Assembly (NCBI GenBank): GCA_963817895.1
Contig: CAWFQB010000005.1
Span: 160,001-224,000 of the forward strand
Length of the DNA: 64,000 bases
Direction: 5' to 3'
From: an uncultured Chthonomonadaceae bacterium
Lineage (GTDB): Bacteria > Armatimonadota > Chthonomonadetes > Chthonomonadales > Chthonomonadaceae
A model generated the notes under the pieces. It had not been told where the DNA came from. It saw only the letters and a program-made list of their open reading frames with translations, and made no database searches. This document shows, one piece after another, positions 53,168-64,000 of this stretch. Position numbers and translations under genes: made by a program. Positions within the stretch are counted from its first letter, which is position 1. Every line of letters begins with the position of its first letter.

Positions 53168-53200
53168 AGAAATGTTTGTTCATATTTATACCAGGATGGG

Positions 53201-53230
53201 TTGACACGATGGTATGCCAAAGGGTATAGT
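53201..53230 (+). promoter_or_regulatory. Sigma70-type promoter in AT-rich spacer
   Basis: TTGACA-18 nt-TATAGT; direct repeat cgctgatttcat downstream at 53298 and 53357. Confidence 0.55.
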
Positions 53231-53413
53231 GAAGTTGAGGGATTAAAAAAGTTAAAACTTATAAAATTTATAATATTACGCTCATGACAGGGTTTGTCGC
53301 TGATTTCATTGTCCATACTGCACCCCGGAGTAAGCCATGAGCAGAGACTGCGCGCGCGCTGATTTCATGAAACGACATGGAATGTCGAAACTATCGAAGT
53401 CGGTTCCCTCGAA

Positions 53414-54937
53414 ATGGAACGGGCAGAAACCGGACCATCAGAACACCGGACATTCAGGGACGAACACTGTATGACCGGACGTGCGGCATCAGCATTGACG
53501 TTGCGCCCGTTACCGAAACGCGCTGTTGGGGAAAGCGACCGTGTTCTCCACAGCCTTTATGCCAGCGCCGAGGCCATGATGGGCGTTGTGGAAATGGTAG
53601 ATGAGGATTTGCGTTTTCTGGATTTCAGCCCCACGACAGCCAGATTCCTGCACCGCTCCCCAGCAGAGATACAGGGCAGGCTGCGCCTCTGAATTAGGAC
53701 TGGAAGAGGAGGCCCGCCTTTTCTTGGTGGCGCAGTATCGCGAGTGTCAGGCTTTCCCCGCGCCGCTGGTATTTGAGCGGCTTATTGTCTGGGATCTGCC
53801 GGACGAAGTCCGTTCCGAACATTGGCTTTGCATTACGATTTCCTACATCGGACAGGGCGAGAACGGCTGCGCCCGCTTCACCTTTGTGGCCGAAGATGTT
53901 TCCGAGCGCAAGCAAATCGAACAATCCCTCAAGGCGGCGCAGTTCGCTCTTCACCAGTCCGAACGCGCCCGCCGCAAAGCCAACAAGCGCGTCGCCACCA
54001 TTCTGGACAGCATCCACGACGCTTACATCGCCCTTGACCGCGATGGCATCATTACCTACACCAATGGCCGCGCCGAAGACCTGCTGCGCCGTCCGCGCGC
54101 CGAATTCCTGGGCCAGAACTTCTTTGACGCCTTCACAACCCTGCGCGATATGCGTATCCACGAGGAGATTCAGCGCGCCCTGTCCCGGCAGGCGGACATT
54201 CACTTTGACGATTATTACCCCATTTCCGACCGCTGGATCGAAGTCAATATTTATTCCGCTCAGGAGGGCTTTTCATTTATGCCCGCGACGTGACCGCCCA
54301 GTATAAAACGCAGGAGGAGTTGCAGCAGGGCGTGGCGAAACTACAGCGCAGTCTGGACGGATTTGTGCGGGCCATGTCGCTTGCCGTTGACATTCGGGAC
54401 CCTTATACCGCCGGCCATCAGCGTCGCGTCAGCGTGCTTGCGGCTCGCATCGCGCGGCAAATGGGCCAGTCGCCCGCCCAGGTAGAGGGCATCCGCATTG
54501 CCGGCCTGCTGCACGACATCGGCAAAATCGCCGTGCCCGCCGAAATTCTCAGCCGTCCCGGCAGGCTCACGCCGCCCGAAATCAGCCTGATACAAGCCCA
54601 TGCTCAAATCGGCTATAATATTCTGAAGGATATTGAATTTGCCGCGCCCGTTGCCCTTGTCGCCCTTCAGCATCATGAGCGACTGGACGGGTCAGGTTAT
54701 CCCAATCAGTTGCGCGGAGGCGACATTTTGCCGGAAAGCCGACTGCTCGCCGTTGCCGATGTTGTGGAAGCCATGTCCTCGCACCGTCCGTACCGCCCCG
54801 CGCTCGGCCTGCCTGCCGCGCTGGAAGAGATTTTACAACACCGCGATGTTCTCTATGACCCTGTTGTCGTGGACGCCTGCTTCGAACTCTTCCGCGCCAA
54901 CGGTTTCGACTTCGAGCAGGCGATAGAGGAGGAGTAG
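53414..54937 (+). CDS. PAS-domain HD-GYP cyclic-dinucleotide phosphodiesterase (frameshifts near 53690 and 54275; start uncertain)
   Basis: EDVSERK, ILDSIHDAYIALD (PAS); DPYTAGHQRRV, LHDIGK, HHERLDGSGYP, HRPYRPA. Confidence 0.88.
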
Positions 54938-54942
54938 GGATC

Positions 54943-55054
54943 AGGTTGTTAGGTTGTTAGGTTGTTAGGCGTTTGGTTTGCAGAGACAAAGAGTATGCGA
55001 GTAACCCCATTGCCTGACAACTAACAACCTAACAACCTAACAACCTAACAACCT
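54943..55054. repeat. Inverted pair of (AGGTTGTT)n octamer arms
   Basis: aggttgttaggttgttaggttgttagg ... cctaacaacctaacaacctaacaacct, immediately followed by ATG. Confidence 0.92.
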
Positions 55055-56212
55055 ATGAAACCCCCAACCCTTACCGGCCTTGACGCGCTACAGCGCGACG
55101 ATTTTAAGCCGCTGCATGACCGACGCATTGGTCTTGTCACCAACCATACGGGCCTGAACAGCGCGGGAATGGCAACCGCCGATCTGCTTCACGCGCACCC
55201 GAAAGTGCATCTTGCCGCCCTGTTTGGCCCGGAACACGGCATACGCGGCGCGGTAGATGACAAAGTGGCGGACAGCGTGGACGCGCAAACCGGCCTGCCC
55301 GTTTACAGTCTGTACGGGCAGCGGACGCGCCCCCTGCCCGAACAGCTTGCCCCTCTGGACATGCTTGTTTTCGATATTCAGGATGTGGGCGCGCGGTATT
55401 ACACCTACATCAGCACACTTGGGTTGTGCCAGGAAGCGGCGGCGCAGGCCCGTTTGCCGTTTCTCGTGCTGGATCGTCCCAATCCTATTGGCGGGCTTGC
55501 CGTCGAGGGGCCGTTAGCGGACGCGGATAAACTCAGTTTCACCTCCCATCATCCTATTCCCATTCGGCACGGCCTGACGGTAGGGGAGATGGCGCGGTTG
55601 TTTCAGGCGGAAAAACCTGCCCTGAACCCTGCAAACGAACCGCCCTCCCCGCTGATAATCGCGCAGGTGGAGAACTGGCGGCGCGCGGAAGCGTGGGATC
55701 AAACTGGCCTGACGTGGACCAACCCCTCGCCCAACATGCGCTCGCTGACGCAGGCGTTTCTCTATCCCGGTGTGGGCCTGCTGGAATTCACCAATGTTTC
55801 GGTCGGGCGCGGCACGGACACGCCGTTTGAAATTGTCGGCGCGCCCTGGATGGACGGGCGACAACTGGCGCAGCATTTGAACGCGCAAAACCTGCCCGGC
55901 GTCCGATTCGTGCCTGTTCACTTCACGCCCCATTCCAGCAAACACGCCAATCTGCCGTGTGGCGGCGTCAACATCATCATTACGCGCCGCGACCAGTTCC
56001 GCCCTGTCCGAACTGGTTTCGCCCTTGCCTGCGGATTGCGCGATCTTCATTCCGAACAGTGGGAACACGCGCGCTACATCACCCTGCTTGCCAACACTTC
56101 TCTTTACAACGCCCTGCTGCAAGGAGCCGATGCCGCCAAACTGGAGCAACTCTGCGCCCCCGACACGCAAGCCTTCCGCAAGCGCTGCGCGGGGCATTTG
56201 CTGTATGAGTGA
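55055..56212 (+). CDS. Exo-beta-N-acetylmuramidase NamZ family (DUF1343)
   Basis: GLVTNHTG, FGPEHGIRG, FDIQDVGARYYTY, LDRPNP, RHGLTVGE, PSPNM, SVGRGT. Confidence 0.93.
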   Translation: MKPPTLTGLDALQRDDFKPLHDRRIGLVTNHTGLNSAGMATADLLHAHPKVHLAALFGPEHGIRGAVDDKVADSVDAQTGLPVYSLYGQRTRPLPEQLAPLDMLVFDIQDVGARYYTYISTLGLCQEAAAQARLPFLVLDRPNPIGGLAVEGPLADADKLSFTSHHPIPIRHGLTVGEMARLFQAEKPALNPANEPPSPLIIAQVENWRRAEAWDQTGLTWTNPSPNMRSLTQAFLYPGVGLLEFTNVSVGRGTDTPFEIVGAPWMDGRQLAQHLNAQNLPGVRFVPVHFTPHSSKHANLPCGGVNIIITRRDQFRPVRTGFALACGLRDLHSEQWEHARYITLLANTSLYNALLQGADAAKLEQLCAPDTQAFRKRCAGHLLYE

Positions 56213-56280
56213 GATACTAGATACGAGATACGAGTAAATTCCTCTGGCTCTCGTATCTCGTATCTCGTATCTCGTATCTT
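56211..56280. repeat. Inverted pair of (GAGATAC)n arms
   Basis: gagatactagatacgagatacgag ... ctcgtatctcgtatctcgtatctcgtatct, followed by ATG 56281. Confidence 0.92.
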
Positions 56281-57199
56281 ATGCCTACCTACGACCTCAT
56301 CGTATACGGAACCATCTGCCTGGACGCCATCTGGCGCGTGAACAAACTCGCGCCGCCGGGTGGCTACGTGTCCATTCTGGAAGCGAAGCAGATGATTGGC
56401 GGAGAAGCTTGTAACACGGCGATTGCGCTTGCGAAGTGGGGCGCCCGGGTCGCGCTGGTCGGCAATGCGCTGGGCGATGATGAAAATGGCCGCTTGCTGC
56501 GCGCGTTGCTGGCCCGCGACGCGCCCGAACTGGATACCCGCTTCCTCCGAACTCTTCCCGACGCGCAGACGCCCTTTTGCGCGTGTATCGCCACGCCGGA
56601 CGGCGAACGAACCATGTACGGCACGGGCTTTTCCACGATGCAGTGCGCGGAACTGGATGCGGAACTGGCGCGTTCTGCCCGGTGGTTCACGCTGGACCCG
56701 AACGCCTGGGAACCCGGACGCGCGGCGGCATTGAAAGCGGCGGAATGGGGCCTGTCCGTGCTGGCAATGGACTACACCCGTGACCCCGAAGTAAGCCGAA
56801 GCGCCGCGCTGAACGTCACGTCCCGCGAACATCTGCCCCATCTTCAAACAATCAAAGAACTCGCCCGCTATGTCGCTGACCTGCGCGACAGGTATGGCCC
56901 CACCGCCATTGTCACGCTGGGGGCAGCAGGCTGTCTGGTAGCGGAACGGGGGCAAACCGGCTTGCCGCTTCACGTTCCGGCGTATGTGGCCCCGGCAATG
57001 GTGGACGCGACGGGCTGCGGCGATGTATTCCGCGCCGGATTGCTGTACGGGCAGTTACAGGAGTGGGAACTCCTGAATTGTGTTCGATTTCGCGTCCGCC
57101 GTTGCCGCGCTCAACTGCGGCGCGATGGGCGGCTGGGGCGGAGTTCGAACCGTCGCGGAAATCGAAGCCTTTTTGCAAACGGCGCAAATACAGGAGTAA
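56281..57199 (+). CDS. PfkB-family carbohydrate kinase (frameshift near 57090)
   Basis: GGEACNTA, VTLGAAGC, VDATGCGDVFRAG; alternative frame gives FASAVAALNC...QIQE*. Confidence 0.9.
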
Positions 57200-57276
57200 A
57201 CCACGGAGGACACGGAGAACACGGGGAAGAACAAACGAGGAGAGTGGGAACCGCGAACCACGCGAAACAAACGAAA
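57199..57276. repeat. Two unpaired nonamer-type arms
   Basis: aaccacggaggacacggagaacacgggga and aaccgcgaaccacgcgaaacaaacgaaa. Confidence 0.75.
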
Positions 57277-57302
57277 AAAGAACAAGAACAAAAAGGGAAA
57301 AG

Positions 57303-58808
57303 ATGGCAACAGACGAACCAAACGCGGAAGATAAGAAGCAAGACGACAAAAAGCCGGAAGATAAGAAGCCGGAAGACAAGCCAATGGTGGAAGAACCGCC
57401 GATTGTCACGCAGCATGTTGTTACCGTGGACGGGCAGGAGTTGCGCTATACGGTAACGACCGGGATGCTGCCCATCAAGAACGAGAAGGGCGAGATTGAG
57501 GCCAGTCTGTTCTTCATGGCGTATACGAAAGATTTTGCCGAGGAAGACACGGAGGCGAAACAGGATCGGCCCCTGATGTTCAGTTTCAATGGCGGCCCCG
57601 GCTCGTCGTCGGTGTGGCTGCACCTGGGCGCGCTTGGCCCAAAGCGGATTCCCATGCTGGAAGACGGCAATCTGCCCCCGCCGCCCTTACCGCCTTGTGG
57701 ATAACCCGCATACCTGGCTGGACAAAACCGATCTGGTCTTTATTGATCCCGTCGGCACGGGGTACAGCCGCGCGGCGAAGCCGGAGTTGGGCAAAAAGTT
57801 CTGGAGTCTGGAGGGCGATATTGCCAGCGTGGGCGAGTTTATCCGCCTGTACCTGACCCGTTATGAGCGGTGGGCGTCGCCCCTGTATCTTGTCGGCGAG
57901 AGTTACGGCACGACGCGGGCGGCGGGACTGGCGGGGCATCTGATTGACCGGGGCATCGCGTTCAGCGGCATTCTGCTTGTGTCTTCGATCCTGAATTTTC
58001 AGACCGCGCTGGCGGCAAAAGGCAACGACCTGCCCTACATTCTGTTTTTGCCGTCGTTTGCCGCAGCCGCGTGGTATCACAGGAAACTCGCGCCCGATTT
58101 GCAGGCCGATTTACAAACTACCCTGCGCGAAGTGGAAGCATGGGCGGCAGGGGAATACACGCTGGCCCTGATGCAAGGCGATGCGCAAACGTGCGGACGA
58201 GCGTCGCGCTGTTATCGCAAAACTGGCGCGTTACACCGGACTGGCGGAACAATTCATCGAAGACAGTGACCTGCGCGTTGACCAGTCCCATTTTTGCAAG
58301 GAATTGCTGAGAAACGAGAAGCGCACGGTTGGGACGATTGGACAGCCGCATCACGGGGCGCGACGCCCGCGCCGTTGGCGAACATTATGAATTCGATCCG
58401 AGCATGAGCGCGATACGCCCGCCCTACACATCCGCTCTCAACCACTATGTTCGTACTCAACTCGGCTACAAAACCGACTCGCCGTACTTCATTTTAGGCG
58501 AAGGCTATGAACTTTACAAGGAGTGGAACTGGAACATTCGGCAGGGATATGTGGATACCAGCGAAGCTCTCCGAAGCGCGTTCGCCAAAAACCCTTATAT
58601 GCGCCTGTTCGTCGCGTCCGGCTACTACGATTTCGCCACGCCCTACTTCGCCACGCAATATACGCTCAACCACAGCCAATTAGATCCCGAAACCCGCGAA
58701 AAAGTTGTCACCGCTGAGTACGAAGCGGGTCACATGATGTATATCCACGCGCCCTCCCTCGCGAAATTGAAGGCAGACGTGGCGAAGTTTTTGGAAAATA
58801 GCGCTTAA
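57303..58808 (+). CDS. S10 family serine carboxypeptidase (frameshifted)
   Basis: FNGGPGSSS, FIDPVGTGYS, GESYG, GYYDFATP, YEAGHMMY. Confidence 0.92.
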
Positions 58809-59722
58809 CTGTTCTTGAGCGGCCAGATGGTCTGGGCGAAGAGGTCGTAATGAACCCGTCCGGGCAGGGCGACGCTGACTTTGGCTTTGAGGTCGCGGCG
58901 GGCGCAGGAGGCGCGGACAGCGCGGACGATTTCTTCATCCGTGTAGCGTTTGGAGATGTGGTACAATGCGAGATGAGACACATTCGCGGCCTGCGCCATG
59001 TCCAGCACTTCGCCCAGGCAGGAGTGGGCGTGGCCGCGTTCACAGGCTTCCGCCTGACTGACTTCATCGGTGTCCAGAAACGTGCATTCGTGAAGCAGGA
59101 AGCGGGTTTGGGCGTATGTTTCGGGAGCTAAAGGGCGGGTGTCGCCGGATACGCTGAACAGAATCTCTTCTTCGCGTTGCGTGAGCGCGTCGCGCCCGTT
59201 TTCGGCGCGAAAGCGGTCTATTTCCGCCTGCGATTTGCCGCGCAGTTCCGGCTTCAGGCGATCCACCATGCGCCCGACGTGGTAGCCCAGGCTGCGAATG
59301 TGCGTGGGGTCGGGGTCGGGAATGTGCAGCGTGGCAAACGGACGCAGAAAATGGTCGTCGCCGATGTCCTGCTGTTCGCCCGGTTTCAGCGGCTGCCACT
59401 GCGTTTGCCCCGCCGTGACGGGATCGAACTGCGCCAGAAATCGTCCGAACGCCATCAGGGAACCGCTGCCTTCGGGATGCAGCACTTGCAGGGGCGTTCC
59501 CGCGCCGAACGCCACAGAGCCGCGCAAATTAAGCAGTTGCGGCAGTCCGGCGATATGGTCCCGGTGCGCGTGGGTCAGGGCGACATGATTGGCCTTGTTG
59601 ATTTTGCCTTCCAGCAGCGCGGCGCAGCCATCCCCCGCATCAAAGAGGATGCGGTGGGTTTCATCGAGTACCCAGGTGGCAACTAATGGCGTGGAAAATA
59701 CGATCAGGCGGGGCGGGTGCAT
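58805..59722 (-). CDS. Metallo-beta-lactamase-fold hydrolase, RNase Z-like
   Basis: FDAGDG, THAHRDH, SGDT, HECTF, HS, LYHISKRY. Confidence 0.8.
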   Translation of the reverse strand: MHPPRLIVFSTPLVATWVLDETHRILFDAGDGCAALLEGKINKANHVALTHAHRDHIAGLPQLLNLRGSVAFGAGTPLQVLHPEGSGSLMAFGRFLAQFDPVTAGQTQWQPLKPGEQQDIGDDHFLRPFATLHIPDPDPTHIRSLGYHVGRMVDRLKPELRGKSQAEIDRFRAENGRDALTQREEEILFSVSGDTRPLAPETYAQTRFLLHECTFLDTDEVSQAEACERGHAHSCLGEVLDMAQAANVSHLALYHISKRYTDEEIVRAVRASCARRDLKAKVSVALPGRVHYDLFAQTIWPLKNS

Positions 59723-59726
59723 GGTA

Positions 59727-59760
59727 GGTGTCAGGTATTAGGTGTCAGGTGTCAGGTATC
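59727..59760. repeat. Unpaired (AGGTGTC)n heptamer arm just upstream of the RNase Z-like start
   Basis: aggtgtcaggtattaggtgtcaggtgtcaggt. Confidence 0.8.
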
Positions 59761-59851
59761 AAGCAATGCGCGGCGCATTATGGCGTCCATTGCTCTGTCC
59801 GGTGTTACTATGTGTATTGTACCATGAATGGCCGAATACAAGGAAATACAA

Positions 59852-62800
59852 ATGGCGTCACTCCGTTCTTTCCAAACCATCTCTGTCTTGTCTTCCGGTG
59901 GATTACTCCTCGGCGCGTCCCTGTGTTTGCTGGCCGCCTGCGCCGCGCCGGGGCAGGGGCAAAAGGCAGCAGGACAGGGACAGGAAACAGGGAACACGGA
60001 ACAGTAGACAAGGCTTCATCCCTCATCCCTCATCCCTCATCCCTGAACATTCCCCTTCCCCACCCGGAACGCCGCGCTTTCTGGTCGTTTCAGCCGGTCA
60101 AGAACCCGAAATTGCCTCCGGTGAAAAATATGGCATGGTGCAAAAACCCGATTGACCGCTTTATTCTGGCCGGACTGGAAGCGAAAGGTTTGAAGCCCGC
60201 GCCGCCTGCGGATCGCCGTACCCTGATCCGCCGCGCGAGTTTCGACCTGGCCGGCCTGCCGCCAACCCCCGAAGACGTGGAAGCGTTTGTCGCGGACAAA
60301 TCCCCCAACGCCTGGGAAAAAGTCATAGACCGGCTGCTGGCCTCGCCCGCGTATGGCGAACGCTGGGGGCGGCACTGGCTGGACGTGGTCCGCTACGCCG
60401 ACAGTCTGGATGCGCGGGGCGTGGGCAGCGAGGGCGACATCAGCGAAGCCTGGCGCTACCGCGACTGGATTGTCAACGCCTTCAACCGCGACTTGCCGTA
60501 CAACGAGTTCATGAAGTATCAGGTGGCAGGCGATTTGATGCCAGAGGGGTCAGGGAGACAAGGAACAGAACGCGCATCCAACCACCAACCACCAACCACC
60601 AACCACCTCAACCCTGACGGCATCGTCGCTACCGGTCTGCTGGCTATCGGCAACTGGGGGAACGGGGACGCGGACAAGGATAAAATTCTGACGGACATTG
60701 CCGACGATCAGGTGGATGTTATCAGCCGGGGCATGATGGGCCTGACGGTCGCCTGCGCCCGCTGCCATGACCATAAATTCGATCCGATTTCCACCAAAGA
60801 CTATTACGGGTTGGCGGGGATTTTCTTTAGTACGCACATTCTGCCCAAACTCGCGCCCAAAGGCGCGGGGGAGGGAATTCCTGCGCGTTTCGCTTGACAC
60901 TCCCGAAGCCAAAGCGCGGCGCGAACAGTACGCGCAGGAGATGGCGCAGGGCGCGGCTGAAATTCAACGAGAGCGCGAAAAGATTTTGAGCGCGTATGCG
61001 CGGGGTTTGTTGCCGCAAACCGCCCGGTACGTGCAGGCCGCGTGGCAGTACGCGCACCGTCCGCATCTCGCAGGCCGCGCAAACGCCGGAAGCCTTTGCC
61101 GTCTCGCAAAACTTGCAGCCCTGGGCGTTTCGGCAGTGGAACGATTTTCTGAAACCGGGCGGCTACCCGCTGATGCTGCTGCCGCAGGCGGAAGTCTCCG
61201 GCATGAAGGGCGTGAGCGCGTGGCGCGGCAAGGCGGACTGCCCGAACCTGCTTGTCAACGCCAACGATACGCCGCGCAGCCTCAGTTCCCTGACCCTTCC
61301 GCCCCGTTCCGTGTGCGTCCATCCCGGCCCGACGAACGGCGTGGTCGTGGCGTGGCAAAGCCCGATTACGGGAACCGTGCAGATTACCGGGCGCGTCGTG
61401 GATGCCGACCCCAACGGCGGCGACGGCATCGCATGGGCATTGGATCAGCGGAGCGCGGGCGGAGCGCGGGAACTGGCGACGGGCGAGTTTCCCAACGGCG
61501 GGGCGCAGGATTTCGCGAAGGGGCATAACGCCAACGCTCTGCAAACCGTATCCGTGCATTCAGGCGACCGCATTGAACTGGCCGTCCTGCCCAAAGAAAA
61601 CTACGGCTTCGACACAACCGTTGTAGACCTGACTATTATAGAAGTTGGCAGTAACAACAGTTCGCCTTCTTCCAAATTGGCAGTCAACGGCATTAACAAC
61701 TCTTTGCTGTCAACATTGGGAGTGAGCTTTATCAACAACTCTTTTCTGCCACCAGTGGGAGTGAACCTGAATAACGATAACTCCCCTCTCCCAAAATTGG
61801 GAGAGGGGTTGGGGTGAGGGCCACTCCTCGCAGTTGGAACCTCGCGCATGACCTGATACCCGACCCGCTGCAAGGCGGCAAGGGCAACCCGCACAACGAC
61901 AGTTACGGCAATGCGGGCGTGTGGCGCTTTGAGGATATGGCGGATCGGCATCGCAGCGCCACACCCGGCGCGGTCTTCAATCCCGCTCTGGCGCGGGTGC
62001 AGCAGCTTGTTGGAGACGGAAGCGGGGCGGCAAGCGCGATTCCCGCCGACGCGCAACAGGCCATTGACACGTTCGCGCGTTCTTTCACGATCAGCGATTC
62101 AGGCAGCCCGTTCGCCATCCGCAACGCCTCGGAAGAAACACTGTTGTCTGCCGGAATCCCGAACGCTTCTGGCGGGTTTGCAGGCGAAACTGGACGCATT
62201 GCGCAAAAACGCGCCGCCCATGCCCGGCTTCGCCAACGCCGCGCAGGAGGGTGGCGTTCCCGAAAGCCCACACGCGGGCGTTCACGACGTGCGCGTCCAC
62301 ATCCGGGGCAGTTACGCGCGATTGGGCGACATGGTTCCGCGCCATTTCCCGGTTGTGATTGCGGGCGAAAACCAACTGCCGATTACGCAGGGCAGCGGTC
62401 GCCTGCAACTGGCCGAGTGGCTGGCAAGCGACACGCACCCGCTCACCGGTCGCGTGTGGGTCAATCGCGTATGGCAGCACCACTTCGGGCAGGGCATTGT
62501 CCGCACCCCAAGCAACTTCGGCTTTCTCGGGGAAAAACCCACGCACCCGGAACTGCTGGACTGGCTGGCAAGCCACTTCGTTGCAAAGGATGAAGGGAAG
62601 ATACGAGATACGAGATACGAGATACGAGGTGGGGAGGATTCATCCTTCATCCTTCATCCTTCATCCTTTGCCTGCGGTTGGTCTACCAAAAAGCTGCACA
62701 AGCTGATGCTGATGTCGGCCACCTATCAGCAGGCGAGCGAGGGGCGGACGGAAACTCTGAAGGCGGACCCGGACAATCGGCTGGTGGGGCGCATGAGTCG

Positions 62801-63296
62801 GCAGCGTTTGGAGGCGGAGGCCGTGCGCGACAATCTGTTGGCCGTGTCGGGGAAACTGGACACGAGCATGGGCGGGGTGGCGTACCGCGATTTTGCCATT
62901 CCGCGCCGGACGCTGTATTATATGACTATCCGTTCGGACAGAGCCGGGTTTGGAACGCTTTTCGACGGGGCCAATTCGACCGCCTGCGTGGAAAAACGGA
63001 CGGTATCTACGGTTGCGCCGCAATCGCTGTACCTGCTGAACAACCCGTTCGTTCTCGACCAGACCCGCGCTTTTGCGCAACGGCTGGCGAAAGAGATTCC
63101 CGAAGGCGCGACAAGCGATCCTGCCCGTATCCGTCGCGCCTACTTACTTTTGTACGCCCGTCCCGCCACAGCGGAAGAAGTTCACATCGGCCTTTCGTTT
63201 CTACAGCGCGTCCGCGCTACTGTAAAGGATAATGGCGCGTGGGAGCAGTATTGCCATATTCTGCTGTGCGCCAATGAATTTGTGTACGTGGACTGA
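59852..63296 (+). CDS. DUF1549/DUF1553 (PSD1-type planctomycete cytochrome-associated) protein, frameshifted
   Basis: FWSFQP, NPIDRFI, YGERWGRHWLDVVRYADS, CARCHDHKFDPI, RVWVNRVWQHHFGQG, PTHPELLDWLA, EAVRD, NEFVYVD. Confidence 0.9.
62599..62669. repeat. In-frame composite (GAGATAC)n...(TTCATCC)4 insertion
   Basis: Encodes IRDTRYEIRGGEDSSFILHPSSF; same element as 38435-38506. Confidence 0.92.
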
Positions 63297-63364
63297 TGGG
63301 CTGACCGGGAAAAACGTATTCGTCGCACGGGGCGTTTGTCCGTAGCGCCGGGAATGACCGCGCG

Positions 63365-63552
63365 CCGGGTACAGAGAACGTACCCGTCTGTGTAGCCTGC
63401 GGCTAAGCGTCCTTCGGACGCAAATGCCTGAGAAGAATGGAAACATTGTTCGGGAACGGGATTATCGGGAAAATTAAACGTATGTTGTACCCTCCGCGTC
63501 CGAAGGACGCCTGGCGGAACGCCACACAGATGGGTACGTTCTTTGTACCCGG
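63365..63552. repeat. REPIN-like inverted pair of double-hairpin REP units
   Basis: ccgggtacagagaacgtacccgtctgtgt...gcgtccttcggacgc (63365-63421) and its inverted copy (63496-63552). Confidence 0.85.
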
Positions 63553-63646
63553 AAATCATTGCGAGCGACTATAACCAACAACACCCGGCGCGTGTTCCAC
63601 CATACTAACGCTTTACCCACACAATTATCAAGCAGGAGCCTGAAGA

Positions 63647-64000
63647 ATGAGGCGCAGCAAAAATGAGATGGACCTTCATATTGTATGGGCAACCAAACAC
63701 CGCGAAGAGTTGCTGACTCCGGAGGTTGAACGGGCGGCGTACCGTTGTATCATCAGCGAGGCGCAAAATATGAAATGTAACATTCGCGCCATTAATGACA
63801 TGCCCGACCATGTACACTTGCTGATGAAAATGCCGCTCACGCTCGCCCTTTCCGATGTAATGAAGCGGCTTAAAGGTATTTCTTCAGCCATGATCAATGA
63901 TTTACCTGCGCAACCGCGCTTTCGCTGGCAGGAAGGCTATGCTGTTTATTGTGTCTGTCCCTCCCATGTTCAGGAAGCGGTGGACTATATTGCCAACCAA
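63647..64000 (+). mobile_element. tnpA: IS200/IS605-family Y1 HUH transposase (TnpA/RAYT-like), runs off the window end
   Basis: Own translation: MRRSKNEMDLHIVWATKHRE...MPDHVHLL...LKGISS...FRWQEGY...YIANQ (HUH motif and catalytic Tyr). Absent from the ORF track because no stop codon lies in the window. Confidence 0.92.

Overview
GC-rich bacterial chromosomal window. Gene content suggests Armatimonadota, but this is a tentative inference. Many conserved genes (hemL, methylcrotonoyl-CoA carboxylase, tricorn protease) carry scattered single-base frameshifts, most likely long-read assembly indels. Contents in order: (1) an intact 8-kb cluster of three signal-peptide-bearing caspase-family (peptidase C14) proteins, one fused to PEGA + glutathione peroxidase and two to FGE-sulfatase/CLec domains, plus a di-haem cytochrome c/DUF4384 protein; (2) tricorn protease, vapBC, GNAT, thiolase and an Lnt-like gene; (3) pseB/pseC, a large secreted GH99-like protein, csaB, DUF5693 and hemC; (4) a leucine-catabolism (liu-type) operon; (5) assorted enzymes, xisH/xisI, hipBA between two LysM L,D-transpeptidase paralogues, hemL, hydantoinase, PAS/HD-GYP, NamZ, PfkB, S10 peptidase, an RNase Z-like gene, a DUF1549/DUF1553 protein, and an IS200-type HUH transposase with REP-like inverted repeats. 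Two signals stand out: the exported caspase/redox cluster with a shared K-[TS]-L-x-V motif, and a pervasive system of 7/8/9-mer tandem-repeat arms and palindromes. These repeats sit at gene junctions, where folding brings the upstream stop/SD next to the downstream ATG, and also occur in-frame inside unrelated proteins. No rRNA, tRNA or CRISPR array was recognised.
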